In this document: positions 24,692-34,714 of the stretch, one piece after another | Layout of the letters: each line of letters begins with the position of its first letter | How positions within the stretch are numbered: the first letter of the stretch is position 1 | Virus record (IMG/VR): IMGVR_UViG_3300001398_000007 | Span: 1 to 35,422 of that record | Strand: one strand, 5' to 3' | From: a virus | Taxonomy: Duplodnaviria; Caudoviricetes | Length of the DNA: 35,422 bases | Made by a program: the position numbers and the translations under genes | The notes under the pieces: generated by a model | Told to the model about the DNA's origin: nothing | What the model saw: only the letters and a program-made list of their open reading frames with translations | Databases searched by the model: none

Positions 24692-26794
24692 TTAAGCGCC
24701 AGCGTTCGTGACGGCGCCGCGATAGTCGATGCCGGCCACGCCGTAATCGAGGCGGACCTTCCACTCGACACCGTCGATGCGGAAGCCATCTTTCGACTCA
24801 AGGAAAGGATTTTCCTGACCGTCGAGGAACGCGACTTCGATCGTCGGAGCGATCGAAGGGCTTGCGAAGAGGTACCGGCGAGTTCCGCTGATCCGAGGGG
24901 AGTCGACGATCTCTTGAAAGAGGCCGAGGACTTTGTTGGGAACCTGGAACTTCGACGAAACTTCCGCGTCGTATTGCGAGTTGTTGAAGACTCGCGCAGC
25001 TCCACCCAGGCCGATTGGAAGAACGAGAATCGAAGGACGAAGGTCCAGGATCTCATTTCCGCTCGGATCTCTTTGGGAGGCCATGACCACGCGGTCGGCA
25101 TCGAGCCCGGCAACACCGAGGGCTGAGCCCGCGGCGTTGATGTTCGCGTGATCGGTATGGAACAACGCTTTCCCGTCGTTCATGTTCGGGCCGAGACCCG
25201 AATTCAGACCGAGAAGAGCGAACACGTCCACTTCAACCGACAGCTTCGCAGCGCGGCCGAGACGCATCGCGAGGCTGTTGAAGGACCCCATGTCGTCGTT
25301 GATGATCGCTTGGCGGGAAAGGGCGATGATGTTCCCCTTCGTCGCAGCGGTAATGCTTTCCTTCGTTCCGTCAGGAATTTGCTTATTCTTGAACTCCGAA
25401 TGCTCTGGAACGGTGTCCAAAGATCCGAACGTACCTTGGCGGTACCGGTTATGAGCCCTGAAGTCGCTCACGGTGCCGCGCGCGCAGAATTTCGTCCACG
25501 AGTCCGGGGTCAACGCGTAGGACGCGAGGAGGATCTTGTGGAGGGTGTTTTCAAGCAACACCGCGAAGTCGCTGGTCGTGTTGTAGCCGGACCGATGGGT
25601 CAGGGCCTTTCCGACCATGTCCATTTTGTCCATCCCGCGCGTCTTCACGCCGGAACGCTCAAGGAAGTCGCGGGCGATATCCATCAGGGACATCCCACGG
25701 AAGTTTCCGCCGTCGAGCTTCGCCTTCGTGTGTCCTTCGACAGCCGCCGAAACGGATGCGCCCGAACGCTGAACGAGCCAGTCGGACGTTCCCTTACGCC
25801 ATTTATCGGTTTCGTCTTCGGTGACGGTCGCCGTCATCGTGGCTGAAGCGACGGTCGCGTTCACTTCGCTTGCGGCCTTAGAGCGCTTCGCCATTTCGGC
25901 GATGATGAGCCCACGGGCTTCGAGGACGGTTTTCTTTCCGTCGATCAGGGAGCGCGCGAAAGCGAGGTCAAGTCCGGCTTCAGTCACCGAAGACATGATT
26001 TCGTTCGAGCGGGTCTGTTCGGCGAGAAGGGCGGCAGCGGCCGCTTCGTCTTGAATGCGTTTCAGTTCAATTGGATCCATCTGAGTTGCCCCCCTGGTGG
26101 CAGTTTCAGGCGTGGTTTTGGCCGCGCCGGTTTTGCCCCCGTCGTTCGCAGGAACGACTTCGGGCTGATCTTCTGTATCCGCAAGGCGGATAAATTCGCA
26201 ATCAAACATGCGAACATTTTTCATCGCTTCGGGATCTGGTGAGCCGTCGGCGCGAACTTGAGACTTCCAATCTGCCGGAATCGGCACAAGAGAAATTTCC
26301 ATCGGTTCCCAGTCGATCGCGCGGAACGTGGGAATCTGTCCGTTCTTTTTCGCGGTCTTTGAGTCGCCGACTTCTTCGTATTTATTGACCTTGTATCCGA
26401 CCGAGACGTTCCGAATAATTTTGTCGGCCACCTTACGGAAAATCTGATCGGCTTCTGGATCGTCTTCGGCTTTCGGAAATCGAACCGTTGCGGTTCCCTG
26501 TTTTCCGTCAGCGTCGGCGCGCTCAACAACGCCGAGAATCGAAGAAAGATCCCAGTTAGAATGAGAATTTAAAAGAGGACCACCTGAGCGCAAACGATCG
26601 AGCTTGACGTGCGCGGGGTCAAGGGAAAGTTCTTCGTTGAATGGTTCAGTGAACCAGCCGCCGCGACGAACCGGGGCGCCGGTTGCAAAAATAAGTTCGA
26701 CGGTTCGCTTATCGACATTGATCGAGCCGTCTTTGATCTCGGCGCGGAAGCCAAGGACCGGAACTTTTTGCGTCGTGATTTTCCTTGCGGGCAT
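24692..26794 (-). CDS. prohead protease-major capsid protein fusion
   Basis: N-terminal protease (PLLNSH, VSVGY, WEPMEISLVPIPAD); linker/scaffold; capsid domain (TTSDF..LL, V.DFR, SRQAIINDD, LFH.DHAN, VRLDYG..IDYRG). Confidence 0.93.
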   Translation of the reverse strand: MPARKITTQKVPVLGFRAEIKDGSINVDKRTVELIFATGAPVRRGGWFTEPFNEELSLDPAHVKLDRLRSGGPLLNSHSNWDLSSILGVVERADADGKQGTATVRFPKAEDDPEADQIFRKVADKIIRNVSVGYKVNKYEEVGDSKTAKKNGQIPTFRAIDWEPMEISLVPIPADWKSQVRADGSPDPEAMKNVRMFDCEFIRLADTEDQPEVVPANDGGKTGAAKTTPETATRGATQMDPIELKRIQDEAAAAALLAEQTRSNEIMSSVTEAGLDLAFARSLIDGKKTVLEARGLIIAEMAKRSKAASEVNATVASATMTATVTEDETDKWRKGTSDWLVQRSGASVSAAVEGHTKAKLDGGNFRGMSLMDIARDFLERSGVKTRGMDKMDMVGKALTHRSGYNTTSDFAVLLENTLHKILLASYALTPDSWTKFCARGTVSDFRAHNRYRQGTFGSLDTVPEHSEFKNKQIPDGTKESITAATKGNIIALSRQAIINDDMGSFNSLAMRLGRAAKLSVEVDVFALLGLNSGLGPNMNDGKALFHTDHANINAAGSALGVAGLDADRVVMASQRDPSGNEILDLRPSILVLPIGLGGAARVFNNSQYDAEVSSKFQVPNKVLGLFQEIVDSPRISGTRRYLFASPSIAPTIEVAFLDGQENPFLESKDGFRIDGVEWKVRLDYGVAGIDYRGAVTNAGA

Positions 26795-26846
26795 AAGACC
26801 TATTCTTCCCTAAGCTCAGAAGTATGCAATCGGATAATTGGAGCCG

Positions 26847-28391
26847 CTACGCGTTAGCACTCGACGGGGGAGCATCTTTCCCATCGGCAGCGGCACCAGA
26901 ATCTTGACCAGAATTTTTTGCCGAAGGGTCGGCCTGAAGGATTCCTGACTTCGTGATCTTACGCGGATCGGAGTCAAACACCAGACCATATTGATCGAGG
27001 AGTTCGTTGAAGTCCGCGATCTCTTTGATTTTCTCTTCGGGGTCTTCACCCTGCGCGCGAATCGCATCCGGGAGAGACATCGTTCCCATTCGGATCTGAG
27101 AATTTATTGCATTGGTCTCAGAGACCGGATCTACCATCGCTCTTTTCGGCATGACGAAAGTCGCGTAGACGCCACCGGTTCTTGCACCCATAACACCCTG
27201 GAACTGAAGCCATCGATTCGCGACCGGCTGACAAAGCATCGGAACGAGCATGTTCCACTGCCATTGATCGATCTTCCGACCGAACTCCTGCCACCCCATT
27301 CGACCGCTCGAAAAATTCACGTTCGAAAGATCGCCGGTGACAACCTCGTAAGGCACCTTCATGCCGCACGAAAAAGCGCGGAGAATCGACCGGGTAAACG
27401 GATCGAAGTCCCCGGCAGCGGGAGGGTTCGGAAATTTTATATCTTTCCCCGGAGGCATTACTTCAAGCGCGCCTGATTCGATCGTCTCACGAAGCTGGTA
27501 TTCTTTCGCGGCGGTAAGTCCGGTTGAAACACCTTCGTAATCGACAATGAAACCGGCGAAGGCCGAAGCGATCTTCTGCTTGAGAAGAGTCGCATCGAAA
27601 AGCTCGTCGAGTTCTTTCAGCATCGTCATCACTGGAGCAAACCAGGAGATTCCGCGAAGCTGCCCGATCCGCTCAGCCTTGAAGATATGGAACACGCTCG
27701 ACGCATCGACGAGATTCGAGACGAAAATATTCTGACCGATGGTAGACTGACTTCCCGGATGGGCGCTCCAAAGGTAATAACCTTTTTTCTTCCCGTCCTT
27801 GTCGATCAGAATTCCGTCTACGATCATTTCATAGAGCGCGGTGGTCACGCGATGAACACCGATTCGGTTATCGTCGATGAAGTCAGGCTCAAGAGCCTTC
27901 AGGCAAAAACGAGGAACCGGACTCGACTCGATGATCGGAAGAACAAGCGCTTCGCCGCCTTCAACGATCGATCTGAAAACGAGTTCCTGAATTCCGTGAT
28001 ACGTCGTCGACTGACACTGATCGGCGTCGGTTGATTCAGCCCAAGCCTTGAAGGCATCGGTCAGTTTTTTATTTGGAGTGCCATCAGCGTTCCGAAAGAT
28101 CGTCTCGATACCAGTCCCGATGACGTTGGCGGTGAGACCGTCGAGAACCGAAACAGCGAACGGATTATTTCTGGTGAGGTCGCGCGCGCGTTCGCGTACA
28201 GGTCTTTTCGCTCTGGCGATTTCATTGTTAACGTCGAGACCGTTTGAATTCCATCCAGAGGTACGACGGCCATGCGACGCCGCTTCGTAATGGCGCAAAA
28301 TAATCTCGGCCTTGATCCGGGATTGGTACCGGTGGAAGGCTGCTGTCGGGGAAATAAATTCTACAGCGCGGTCAAACCAAGTCTTTTTCAA
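26847..28391 (-). CDS. portal protein, lambda family
   Basis: YEAAS.GRRT.GW, RARDL.RNN, R.GQLRGISW, YE..TGDLSNVNFSSGR, VDP..E motifs. Confidence 0.96.
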   Translation of the reverse strand: MKKTWFDRAVEFISPTAAFHRYQSRIKAEIILRHYEAASHGRRTSGWNSNGLDVNNEIARAKRPVRERARDLTRNNPFAVSVLDGLTANVIGTGIETIFRNADGTPNKKLTDAFKAWAESTDADQCQSTTYHGIQELVFRSIVEGGEALVLPIIESSPVPRFCLKALEPDFIDDNRIGVHRVTTALYEMIVDGILIDKDGKKKGYYLWSAHPGSQSTIGQNIFVSNLVDASSVFHIFKAERIGQLRGISWFAPVMTMLKELDELFDATLLKQKIASAFAGFIVDYEGVSTGLTAAKEYQLRETIESGALEVMPPGKDIKFPNPPAAGDFDPFTRSILRAFSCGMKVPYEVVTGDLSNVNFSSGRMGWQEFGRKIDQWQWNMLVPMLCQPVANRWLQFQGVMGARTGGVYATFVMPKRAMVDPVSETNAINSQIRMGTMSLPDAIRAQGEDPEEKIKEIADFNELLDQYGLVFDSDPRKITKSGILQADPSAKNSGQDSGAAADGKDAPPSSANA

Positions 28392-28624
28392 CGGTCATCA
28401 CCCCAGTCATCGTCCCGTCCGCGCCAAAAGCCCTTTGAAAATCTCGGATAGATTCGGCTCTTGCAGGGATCGCTAAGACCAAGTTCTTTTCGCATGAGGT
28501 CTCTGATTCTCATCATCTCGTCAAGAGAACGATATTGAACCGTCTTGTCGGTATATTTTACGACCATCGCGCCTTGCGCAATCGCCGCTTCAAGGTCAGC
28601 AAGATCGTCGGAGCTCCACGCCAT
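28388..28624 (-). CDS. head-tail joining protein gpW-like
   Basis: LEAAIAQG...VKY.DKTVQYRSLDEM; located between terminase and portal. Confidence 0.9.
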   Translation of the reverse strand: MAWSSDDLADLEAAIAQGAMVVKYTDKTVQYRSLDEMMRIRDLMRKELGLSDPCKSRIYPRFSKGFWRGRDDDWGDDR

Positions 28625-28666
28625 ATTCAAAGCCTACTTCACTGATACAGGTTCCCGCACCTGAAT

Positions 28667-30640
28667 TCATCGGTACGAGCGAGAAGGCTTTCGAACGAGT
28701 GTCGGTTCCATGCTGCTTTGCGGCGCTTTCTCGTCAATGGGAAGAACTTCCGCAGCCGGAACCATTCCGGGCTTCGTGGTGACCGCTTCGCCGATGTACC
28801 CGGTAAGCTGTGCCCAGTCTTCCTCGCCGAAGCGATCGATCCCGAATACGGCGGCGGCAGCTCGCGCGAGAACCGCGCAGTCGAGAACTTCGTTTCGCTC
28901 GTATTGCTTCTCCCAGTGCATCCGAATTCCACTTCGACCCTTCGTTCGCTTTTTTACGAGGACTTCGGCGGTGAGTTGCTTGAACCAATCTTCGTTGAAC
29001 TCAGGAAAATGGACGAAGCCGGGAGGGTACCCTCGCGCCAATTTTTCTTCGTCGGTCGGATTCTCCATTCTTAGAAAGCCATAGATTTCTGTCTTCCCGG
29101 TCCCAACGCCGACCGGCCACATCAGCAATCCGCGCTTCAGTCTGCGCCCCTGGATCGCTACGTCCACCGCAGTCGGTGTCGAAACAATCGGGAGCTGCGT
29201 GTCCACGCCCTTGGTCGCGATCACGCGGTTCGACGGATACCGGCGAACGAACTGATAGACGACCTGCGTGTTATACCCGGAATCGATCGCGGTCATCTGA
29301 ATCGGAAGACTGACTCCGGCGCTCGTTTTATAATACTTGCTGATCCTTTTCGAAAGTTCGGCCCACGGACCCTCGGGACCAAGGTCAGACGTGTCTCCGT
29401 GAATTATCTGATAGTCGACTGCCCACCGATCTCGCCCGACTCCCCACGCCCAGATTCCCATTTCAAGACGGTTCCCTTGAACGTCGACGCCAGCGGTAAT
29501 GAAGAGACCGCCTTCTGGGATAATTCCGACAGGGTATGCTTCGCGGCGATCGTATAGACGCCGCCACTCAGGTGCGTCGCCCTTTTCTTGCCACTCTTCT
29601 CCAAGCAAAGTATTTATGAAAGTTTTTAAAAGCTCGATTCCTCCGGCCTTCGCTTCTTCTGATTCTCGAGCGATCGACTCCCAAGACGCGTTAGGCGAAT
29701 AGGAATAGGCTGCCCAGATATGGAAGCCGGCGACGCCTTTCGTTGGACGGGTTGCGACCCATCCGTATCCTGATTTCTGATCTGCTTCTTGTCGGAGGTG
29801 GGCTTGCTCCACCATCCACCTTTTCCACTTGTGCTCGATTACGCATCCGTTTTTTTCGCAGACAAAATGCGCCGTCTCCGGTTGACCTTCGATCCATTTC
29901 AGGTTTGCAAATTTTAAAACCTGCGCAGCCTGACAGTGCGGGCAAGGCACATTATAAAAGCGCTTATCACTCGCATCAAATTCAGGCGTAATTCTCGAAA
30001 GAAGATTCGTCGTCGGTGTTGAACCCATGACGATTTTTCGGTTCCAGTAATACTCGGTTCGCTTCGTTCCGAGCTTGACCGGATCGCCTTCGGTTCCTGC
30101 CGAAAGAGGATACCCGTCCACTTCGTCGAAAATCATAATCCGACGAGAGACCCGTCTAAACCCTGTCGCCGTATTCGCTCCGATCAGCGAGAGCGATCCA
30201 CCGGGAAACATCTTCTGAGTCATCGTGTTCGAGCCGTCTTTTGCCTTCGCATCGGACACGAGCTTTTCGATGACCGGAGTATCGCGGATCATCGGCGCAA
30301 TTTCTTCTTTGGAATACCCTTCGGCGTCTCCCTCGGTCGGCTGCACGATCCCGATCGGGCAAGGGTCATAATGGATATGGTACCCGCAAAGGTGGCCGAT
30401 GATTTTCGTGTATCCGACGCGGGCTGATTTTTTTACGACGATCTTCCAGATCCGTGGATCGGTCATCGCGTCCATCATTCCGATCTGATACGGAATGTTC
30501 CGCCATTTCCCAGACTCTGCCGAGCTTTCGGCCGAGAGGTAAGCGTATCGGTCGGCCCATTGACTCAACCGAAGGCGCGGCGGTGGCCTGAGATGCTCGA
30601 AAAACGCGTCAACCAGGACGGCGACGGCTGGTGAACTCAT
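28667..30640 (-). CDS. terL: terminase large subunit (lambda GpA family)
   Basis: KSARVGYTK, FDEVDGY, STPT, CPHC, AGVDVQ, IDSGY, RNEVLDC motifs. Confidence 0.97.
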   Translation of the reverse strand: MSSPAVAVLVDAFFEHLRPPPRLRLSQWADRYAYLSAESSAESGKWRNIPYQIGMMDAMTDPRIWKIVVKKSARVGYTKIIGHLCGYHIHYDPCPIGIVQPTEGDAEGYSKEEIAPMIRDTPVIEKLVSDAKAKDGSNTMTQKMFPGGSLSLIGANTATGFRRVSRRIMIFDEVDGYPLSAGTEGDPVKLGTKRTEYYWNRKIVMGSTPTTNLLSRITPEFDASDKRFYNVPCPHCQAAQVLKFANLKWIEGQPETAHFVCEKNGCVIEHKWKRWMVEQAHLRQEADQKSGYGWVATRPTKGVAGFHIWAAYSYSPNASWESIARESEEAKAGGIELLKTFINTLLGEEWQEKGDAPEWRRLYDRREAYPVGIIPEGGLFITAGVDVQGNRLEMGIWAWGVGRDRWAVDYQIIHGDTSDLGPEGPWAELSKRISKYYKTSAGVSLPIQMTAIDSGYNTQVVYQFVRRYPSNRVIATKGVDTQLPIVSTPTAVDVAIQGRRLKRGLLMWPVGVGTGKTEIYGFLRMENPTDEEKLARGYPPGFVHFPEFNEDWFKQLTAEVLVKKRTKGRSGIRMHWEKQYERNEVLDCAVLARAAAAVFGIDRFGEEDWAQLTGYIGEAVTTKPGMVPAAEVLPIDEKAPQSSMEPTLVRKPSRSYR

Positions 30641-31182
30641 AGCATCTCGCCGCGATTATCCGAGAGGTCAGCCATCGCAGCTCGGATTTCGTCTTCGATC
30701 GTTGCGATATCTTCAAGCGTAAGGTGTTCGAGTTTCCCCTTGAGCTTTGAAGGAATTCCGAGAAGTTTCGTTTTTACAGCGCCGCACACCTTCAACCATT
30801 CGCGATTCATCTCGTCGAGCGGTACGACCTTGCCTGACATGCGCTCATATTCGAGTTTCGCGATGCGCGCGAGGAACGCTTCCTTGATCTGCTTCGACTC
30901 GGTTATGGTCGGGGTGTTTCCGGTACGCGATCCCGCCCCAGGAACCGATTCAACCTTCTCAGCCCCGTTTTCACGGCGCTCTTTCGCACTCTCTTTTTCT
31001 GGGTGCCTGGCGTAATCAGTATTCTTATCCCACTCGCCGTCGGCGCGCTCTGAATCAATGAAGCGCTTCCCATTTTTCGGATCAACCGTGACGGTGATCC
31101 GGCCTTCCTGTACCGCATAGCTCACCGCTTGCTGGGTGACCCCGCGATGCTTCGCGTACTCGGAAAAATTCATCAACGCCAT
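30637..31182 (-). CDS. terS: terminase small subunit (Nu1-like)
   Basis: N-terminal HTH (EYAKHRGVTQQAVS), A.L..LEY....G.VV coiled coil; ATGA-coupled to terL. Confidence 0.88.
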   Translation of the reverse strand: MALMNFSEYAKHRGVTQQAVSYAVQEGRITVTVDPKNGKRFIDSERADGEWDKNTDYARHPEKESAKERRENGAEKVESVPGAGSRTGNTPTITESKQIKEAFLARIAKLEYERMSGKVVPLDEMNREWLKVCGAVKTKLLGIPSKLKGKLEHLTLEDIATIEDEIRAAMADLSDNRGEML

Positions 31183-31185
31183 AGA

Positions 31186-31755
31186 TTATCCGCGCATCAA
31201 AATCAGGAATTCGCCGCGCGCTTCCGCGCTTTCTCTGAACCGCCCAGACATCGACGAAGTGACCATCGTCGTTCCTTGCTTATTCACACCCCGACAGCTC
31301 ATGCACTGGTGATGGGCTTCGATGACGACCGCGACACCCTTTGGCTTCAGCGCGGCGTTGATCGCTTCGGCGATCTGGGTGGTCATCTTCTCTTGAATCT
31401 GCAAACGCTTCGCGAAGCAATCGACCACGCGCGCGAGCTTTGAGAGCCCGACGACGGAGCCGTTCGGAAGGTAGCCGACGTGCGCTTTTCCACGGAACGG
31501 GAGCATGTGATGTTCGCACGTCGAACTGAATTCGATGTCGCGCAGGATAACCATCTCATCACACGAGCCGTCTTTAAACGCAGTCGCGAGGATCTTTACC
31601 GGATCGAGCTTATAGCCAGAGAAAATCTCTTTCCAAGATTTCGAGACTCTTTTCGGAGTGTCGAGCAAGCCTTCGCGCGTCGGGTCTTCACCGATCGCGA
31701 TAAGAATTCCGCGCACGAGATCCATTTCTTTTTTTGACGCCTTCGATACTCTCAT
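31186..31755 (-). CDS. folE: GTP cyclohydrolase I
   Basis: GEDP.REGL.DTP.RV, CEHH, GLSKLAR, RLQIQE, HQCM..RG motifs. Confidence 0.97.
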   Translation of the reverse strand: MRVSKASKKEMDLVRGILIAIGEDPTREGLLDTPKRVSKSWKEIFSGYKLDPVKILATAFKDGSCDEMVILRDIEFSSTCEHHMLPFRGKAHVGYLPNGSVVGLSKLARVVDCFAKRLQIQEKMTTQIAEAINAALKPKGVAVVIEAHHQCMSCRGVNKQGTTMVTSSMSGRFRESAEARGEFLILMRG

Positions 31756-32378
31756 TCAACCCCCGTGATTTTGTGAGTCTGGAGCGACAAGCGCCACTCA
31801 GGATTCTCGTACAGTTTTTTGATCGTGGCCTGAAGATTCTCTTGGTACGTTTCGCAGTGAACCGGTTGGAGAAATTGATTATGCGAATCGAACTTCTTGA
31901 AGCCCTCGATCGTGACGGACTCTTGAACGGGAGGGAACAGAAGCTTCAGGTCTGTCGCGTATTCAAGTTTCGTTTCTTCGAAACTCTGCTTTGGCGAACA
32001 AGTAATATGCTCGAAGAAGCCGGCGAGATCACCGAGCGCCCTAGAACCGTTCGTTTCCAGGTGAAGCCGGTAGCCGTGAGCCGTGAGCGAGAGGAGTAAT
32101 GGCTCATCGATCTGAAGCGTGGCCTCACCGCCGGAGATAACCACGACCTTCGCCGGACCAAGCCGGTCGAGCCATGCGAGAATTTCGATCGGCGTCATCT
32201 GAACGCCGTCTCTGAAGTCCGTGTCGCAATACCAGCAGACAGATTTCGCGCGATCCTTCTCGAGTCCGGTCCACCGGTTGCACCCGGCGAAGCGCAGGAA
32301 CTTCACGACGGTACCGGTGGCCGATCCCTCACCCTGGATTGTCGGCCCGAAAGCCGACTTGATTCGATACATTTTCAC
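31752..32378 (-). CDS. queE: 7-carboxy-7-deazaguanine synthase (radical SAM, Cx14CxxC type)
   Basis: TIQGEG, FAGC-N14-[30 protein letters not shown] motifs. Confidence 0.95.
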   Translation of the reverse strand: MKMYRIKSAFGPTIQGEGSATGTVVKFLRFAGCNRWTGLEKDRAKSVCWYCDTDFRDGVQMTPIEILAWLDRLGPAKVVVISGGEATLQIDEPLLLSLTAHGYRLHLETNGSRALGDLAGFFEHITCSPKQSFEETKLEYATDLKLLFPPVQESVTIEGFKKFDSHNQFLQPVHCETYQENLQATIKKLYENPEWRLSLQTHKITGVE

Positions 32379-32815
32379 TCTGGAAGCTCCTCAAAAATAC
32401 CGCTGTTTTTATCGTTCTCGCGGACTTCAACCTTCGTGCAAAAAGCCCTTCCTCCGGTCGCCGTGAAGAGGAATTCGTTCATCTGAAGCCAGAGAAAATG
32501 AGCGGTTCCTTCCATTCCCACGTTAGGTAAAACCGTTAATTTTGCCGCTCCTTTGACCTCTAATTCACGGAATTCCGGCAGCATTGGGTCGTTTTCGTTA
32601 ATCAAAAGAGTGTGATCAAACCAATCATCGAGCTTCGCCTTGAACGCTTTGAGGCTTCCGAAGTCGACAACGAAATGCGTGTCGGTCAAAGTGTGAGCGC
32701 CAAAGGTGAAATGGAAGCTCCGCGAATACCCGTGGATATAGGCGCACTGACCTGGGTGTTTCCATTGGCGATGCGAGCACGGGTAATTCCAAAAAGATTT
32801 CGTCGAAGAGAACAT
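32375..32815 (-). CDS. queD: 6-carboxy-tetrahydropterin synthase
   Basis: SHR....GQCAYIHGY, VVDFG, FDHT, EVRE motifs. Confidence 0.93.
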   Translation of the reverse strand: MFSSTKSFWNYPCSHRQWKHPGQCAYIHGYSRSFHFTFGAHTLTDTHFVVDFGSLKAFKAKLDDWFDHTLLINENDPMLPEFRELEVKGAAKLTVLPNVGMEGTAHFLWLQMNEFLFTATGGRAFCTKVEVRENDKNSGIFEELPE

Positions 32816-33234
32816 TAAATTACCTCAACCCATTTTGGTTTTTTGCCGATGTTCTTTTTTAAAATTCCCATCTGAACTCCCATTGGTCCCCTTACGGGCG
32901 CACAAACTTTTATTCCCGCTTTTTTTAACGCAGAGATATAATTAGATCCACCCAAAGCAAAAATATTCTGGTCTAAAATTTTTAAATCAATTGCCTGCTT
33001 ATTAATTGTTTCAGAACTTACAGAGCCGGGTGATCCCATAAATAAATCATATGGTTCGATTTTTGAGTAAAGGTTTAGGAGACCGTGTTTTGCAGATAAA
33101 ATAAAAATACAATCGTCGTGAGTAACGCTTTTTGCCCATTTTAAATTCATTTTAAAATATGGGCCTATATATAGGTCTTTTGCGAAGGTTTTATTTTTTA
33201 ACTTTCTTGCGCCGCAAGGAATAATAACAATCAT
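32815..33234 (-). CDS. DUF6884-like protein (AT-rich gene)
   Basis: IIPCGARK..AKDLY.G.YF, FILSAKHGL, IEPYD, LGG..Y motifs; about 35% GC by hand count. Confidence 0.75.
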   Translation of the reverse strand: MIVIIPCGARKLKNKTFAKDLYIGPYFKMNLKWAKSVTHDDCIFILSAKHGLLNLYSKIEPYDLFMGSPGSVSSETINKQAIDLKILDQNIFALGGSNYISALKKAGIKVCAPVRGPMGVQMGILKKNIGKKPKWVEVI

Positions 33235-33896
33235 GCTTCAAGATACTCCGTCGGGTCTTTAATTCCCGCTTCTTTGAACGCTTCAATTCGTTCAACGCAT
33301 GTTCCGCATTTTCCGCAGTGCAATCGACCGCCCTTGTAGCAGGACCAAGTGAGCCCGAACGGAACTCCCCACAACAATCCGTGCTTCGCGATGTCGGTTT
33401 TCGTCGCCTTCAGGAACGGCGAAAGGAGTTTGATCTTTGCGTAAGTTCCGGCTTCGATCGCCGCAGCCATCGGGTCGATAAAATCTTTCCGGCAGTCTGG
33501 ATAGACAGCGTGATCACCGAAGTGATTCCCAAGAACGATCGCTTCCGCGCCAAGACTCTCGGCGTATCCGGCGGCGATCGCCAACATAATACCGTTCCGA
33601 AATGGGACGACGGTTCGCTGCATCGATGGATCTGCGTAATGACCCTCGGGAATTTCTCCTCCGGTTTTCAGGAGGTCACTCTTGAAGGTGTCGGCCACGA
33701 AGTCAAGCCGCGCGCGTTGGATCCGAACGTCGTAATGGTCGGCGATTTCCTGTGCCGATTCCCATTCTCGGTCGTTGTGTTTCGAGCCGTACCAGAACGA
33801 CAGCGCGCCGATGATTGCGTGACCACCGACGCCCTTCGCCCATCCGAGCGCGGCGCTTGAATCCATTCCACCCGACAAAACGACGACGACTTTCAT
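33231..33896 (-). CDS. queC: 7-cyano-7-deazaguanine (preQ0) synthase
   Basis: SGGMDS, VPFRNGIML, YPDCR, TWSCY..G..HCGKCGTC motifs. Confidence 0.97.
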   Translation of the reverse strand: MKVVVVLSGGMDSSAALGWAKGVGGHAIIGALSFWYGSKHNDREWESAQEIADHYDVRIQRARLDFVADTFKSDLLKTGGEIPEGHYADPSMQRTVVPFRNGIMLAIAAGYAESLGAEAIVLGNHFGDHAVYPDCRKDFIDPMAAAIEAGTYAKIKLLSPFLKATKTDIAKHGLLWGVPFGLTWSCYKGGRLHCGKCGTCVERIEAFKEAGIKDPTEYLEA

Positions 33897-34714
33897 GCCT
33901 CTCTCCTAATTTGATTGAATGCATCGACAAGCATTCTCCCGGCGTATGCGGTGGTGAATGCCAAGAACTGGTGAGTGCCGAGATGCTTCTCGACGTCGAG
34001 CGACTGGGCGACTCCACTCGCAGCGCTAAGGCGCCGCTGAAAGCTCATCCCGCCCACCCATTTTTTCGGGTCTATGGCCTCGCGCGGGTCCATCCCCAGG
34101 CGTTTTATTGCCTGGACCTTTGGGCATTGATCGTTGATGCCCTTGCGAAAATCATCGCGCGAGACCTTATCCCGGTGACCGCGCCCGAGGTAAAGTTGCG
34201 CGACACCGAAGCGGGCGCCACCCTCCCATGAAGACGAGTCGCACATATAAGGCTTATAAACTTTTACGAAATCGAAATTGGTGAAGCCGAGCCAGTGAAC
34301 CTTCCGACCGTTCACGCGTTTCATGATCCCCTTGACGAAGCCCTTATTCCCTTGCGTGCCGACGAGCCCGCCGATTCCGACCACGTCGCTCGTTTTGTAA
34401 TAATCCTCAAGGACAGATGGGTCTTCTCCGCGCGTGAAAATCGGGACCGGGGTGAAGCCGCGCGCTCGCATCGCTTCGTAGTTCTTGAGGGTGCCGTGGG
34501 GGTCACCGACCACATCGAGAGCGAAATAACGCCAGGGCTTGAAGGGTAAGGTTTCAATAAACTTACAGTAGTTATCGAGTTTTATTTCCTTACCGGATTT
34601 CCATGCGGTGAACGCCCCAGAGTCGAGAACGAAGCGCACGCGTTTTTCATTCGCGCGAATCAGTTCGATGACTCCTTTATCGACGTAAGGGTATGCGCAA
34701 AGAAAGCTGAGCAC
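33893..34714 (-). CDS. dpdA: DpdA-like DNA-guanine transglycosylase (TGT fold)
   Basis: LDSGAFT, LDVVGD, GIGGLV, VHWLG, CDSSSW motifs; adjacent to queC/D/E and folE. Confidence 0.8.
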   Translation of the reverse strand: MLSFLCAYPYVDKGVIELIRANEKRVRFVLDSGAFTAWKSGKEIKLDNYCKFIETLPFKPWRYFALDVVGDPHGTLKNYEAMRARGFTPVPIFTRGEDPSVLEDYYKTSDVVGIGGLVGTQGNKGFVKGIMKRVNGRKVHWLGFTNFDFVKVYKPYMCDSSSWEGGARFGVAQLYLGRGHRDKVSRDDFRKGINDQCPKVQAIKRLGMDPREAIDPKKWVGGMSFQRRLSAASGVAQSLDVEKHLGTHQFLAFTTAYAGRMLVDAFNQIRREA

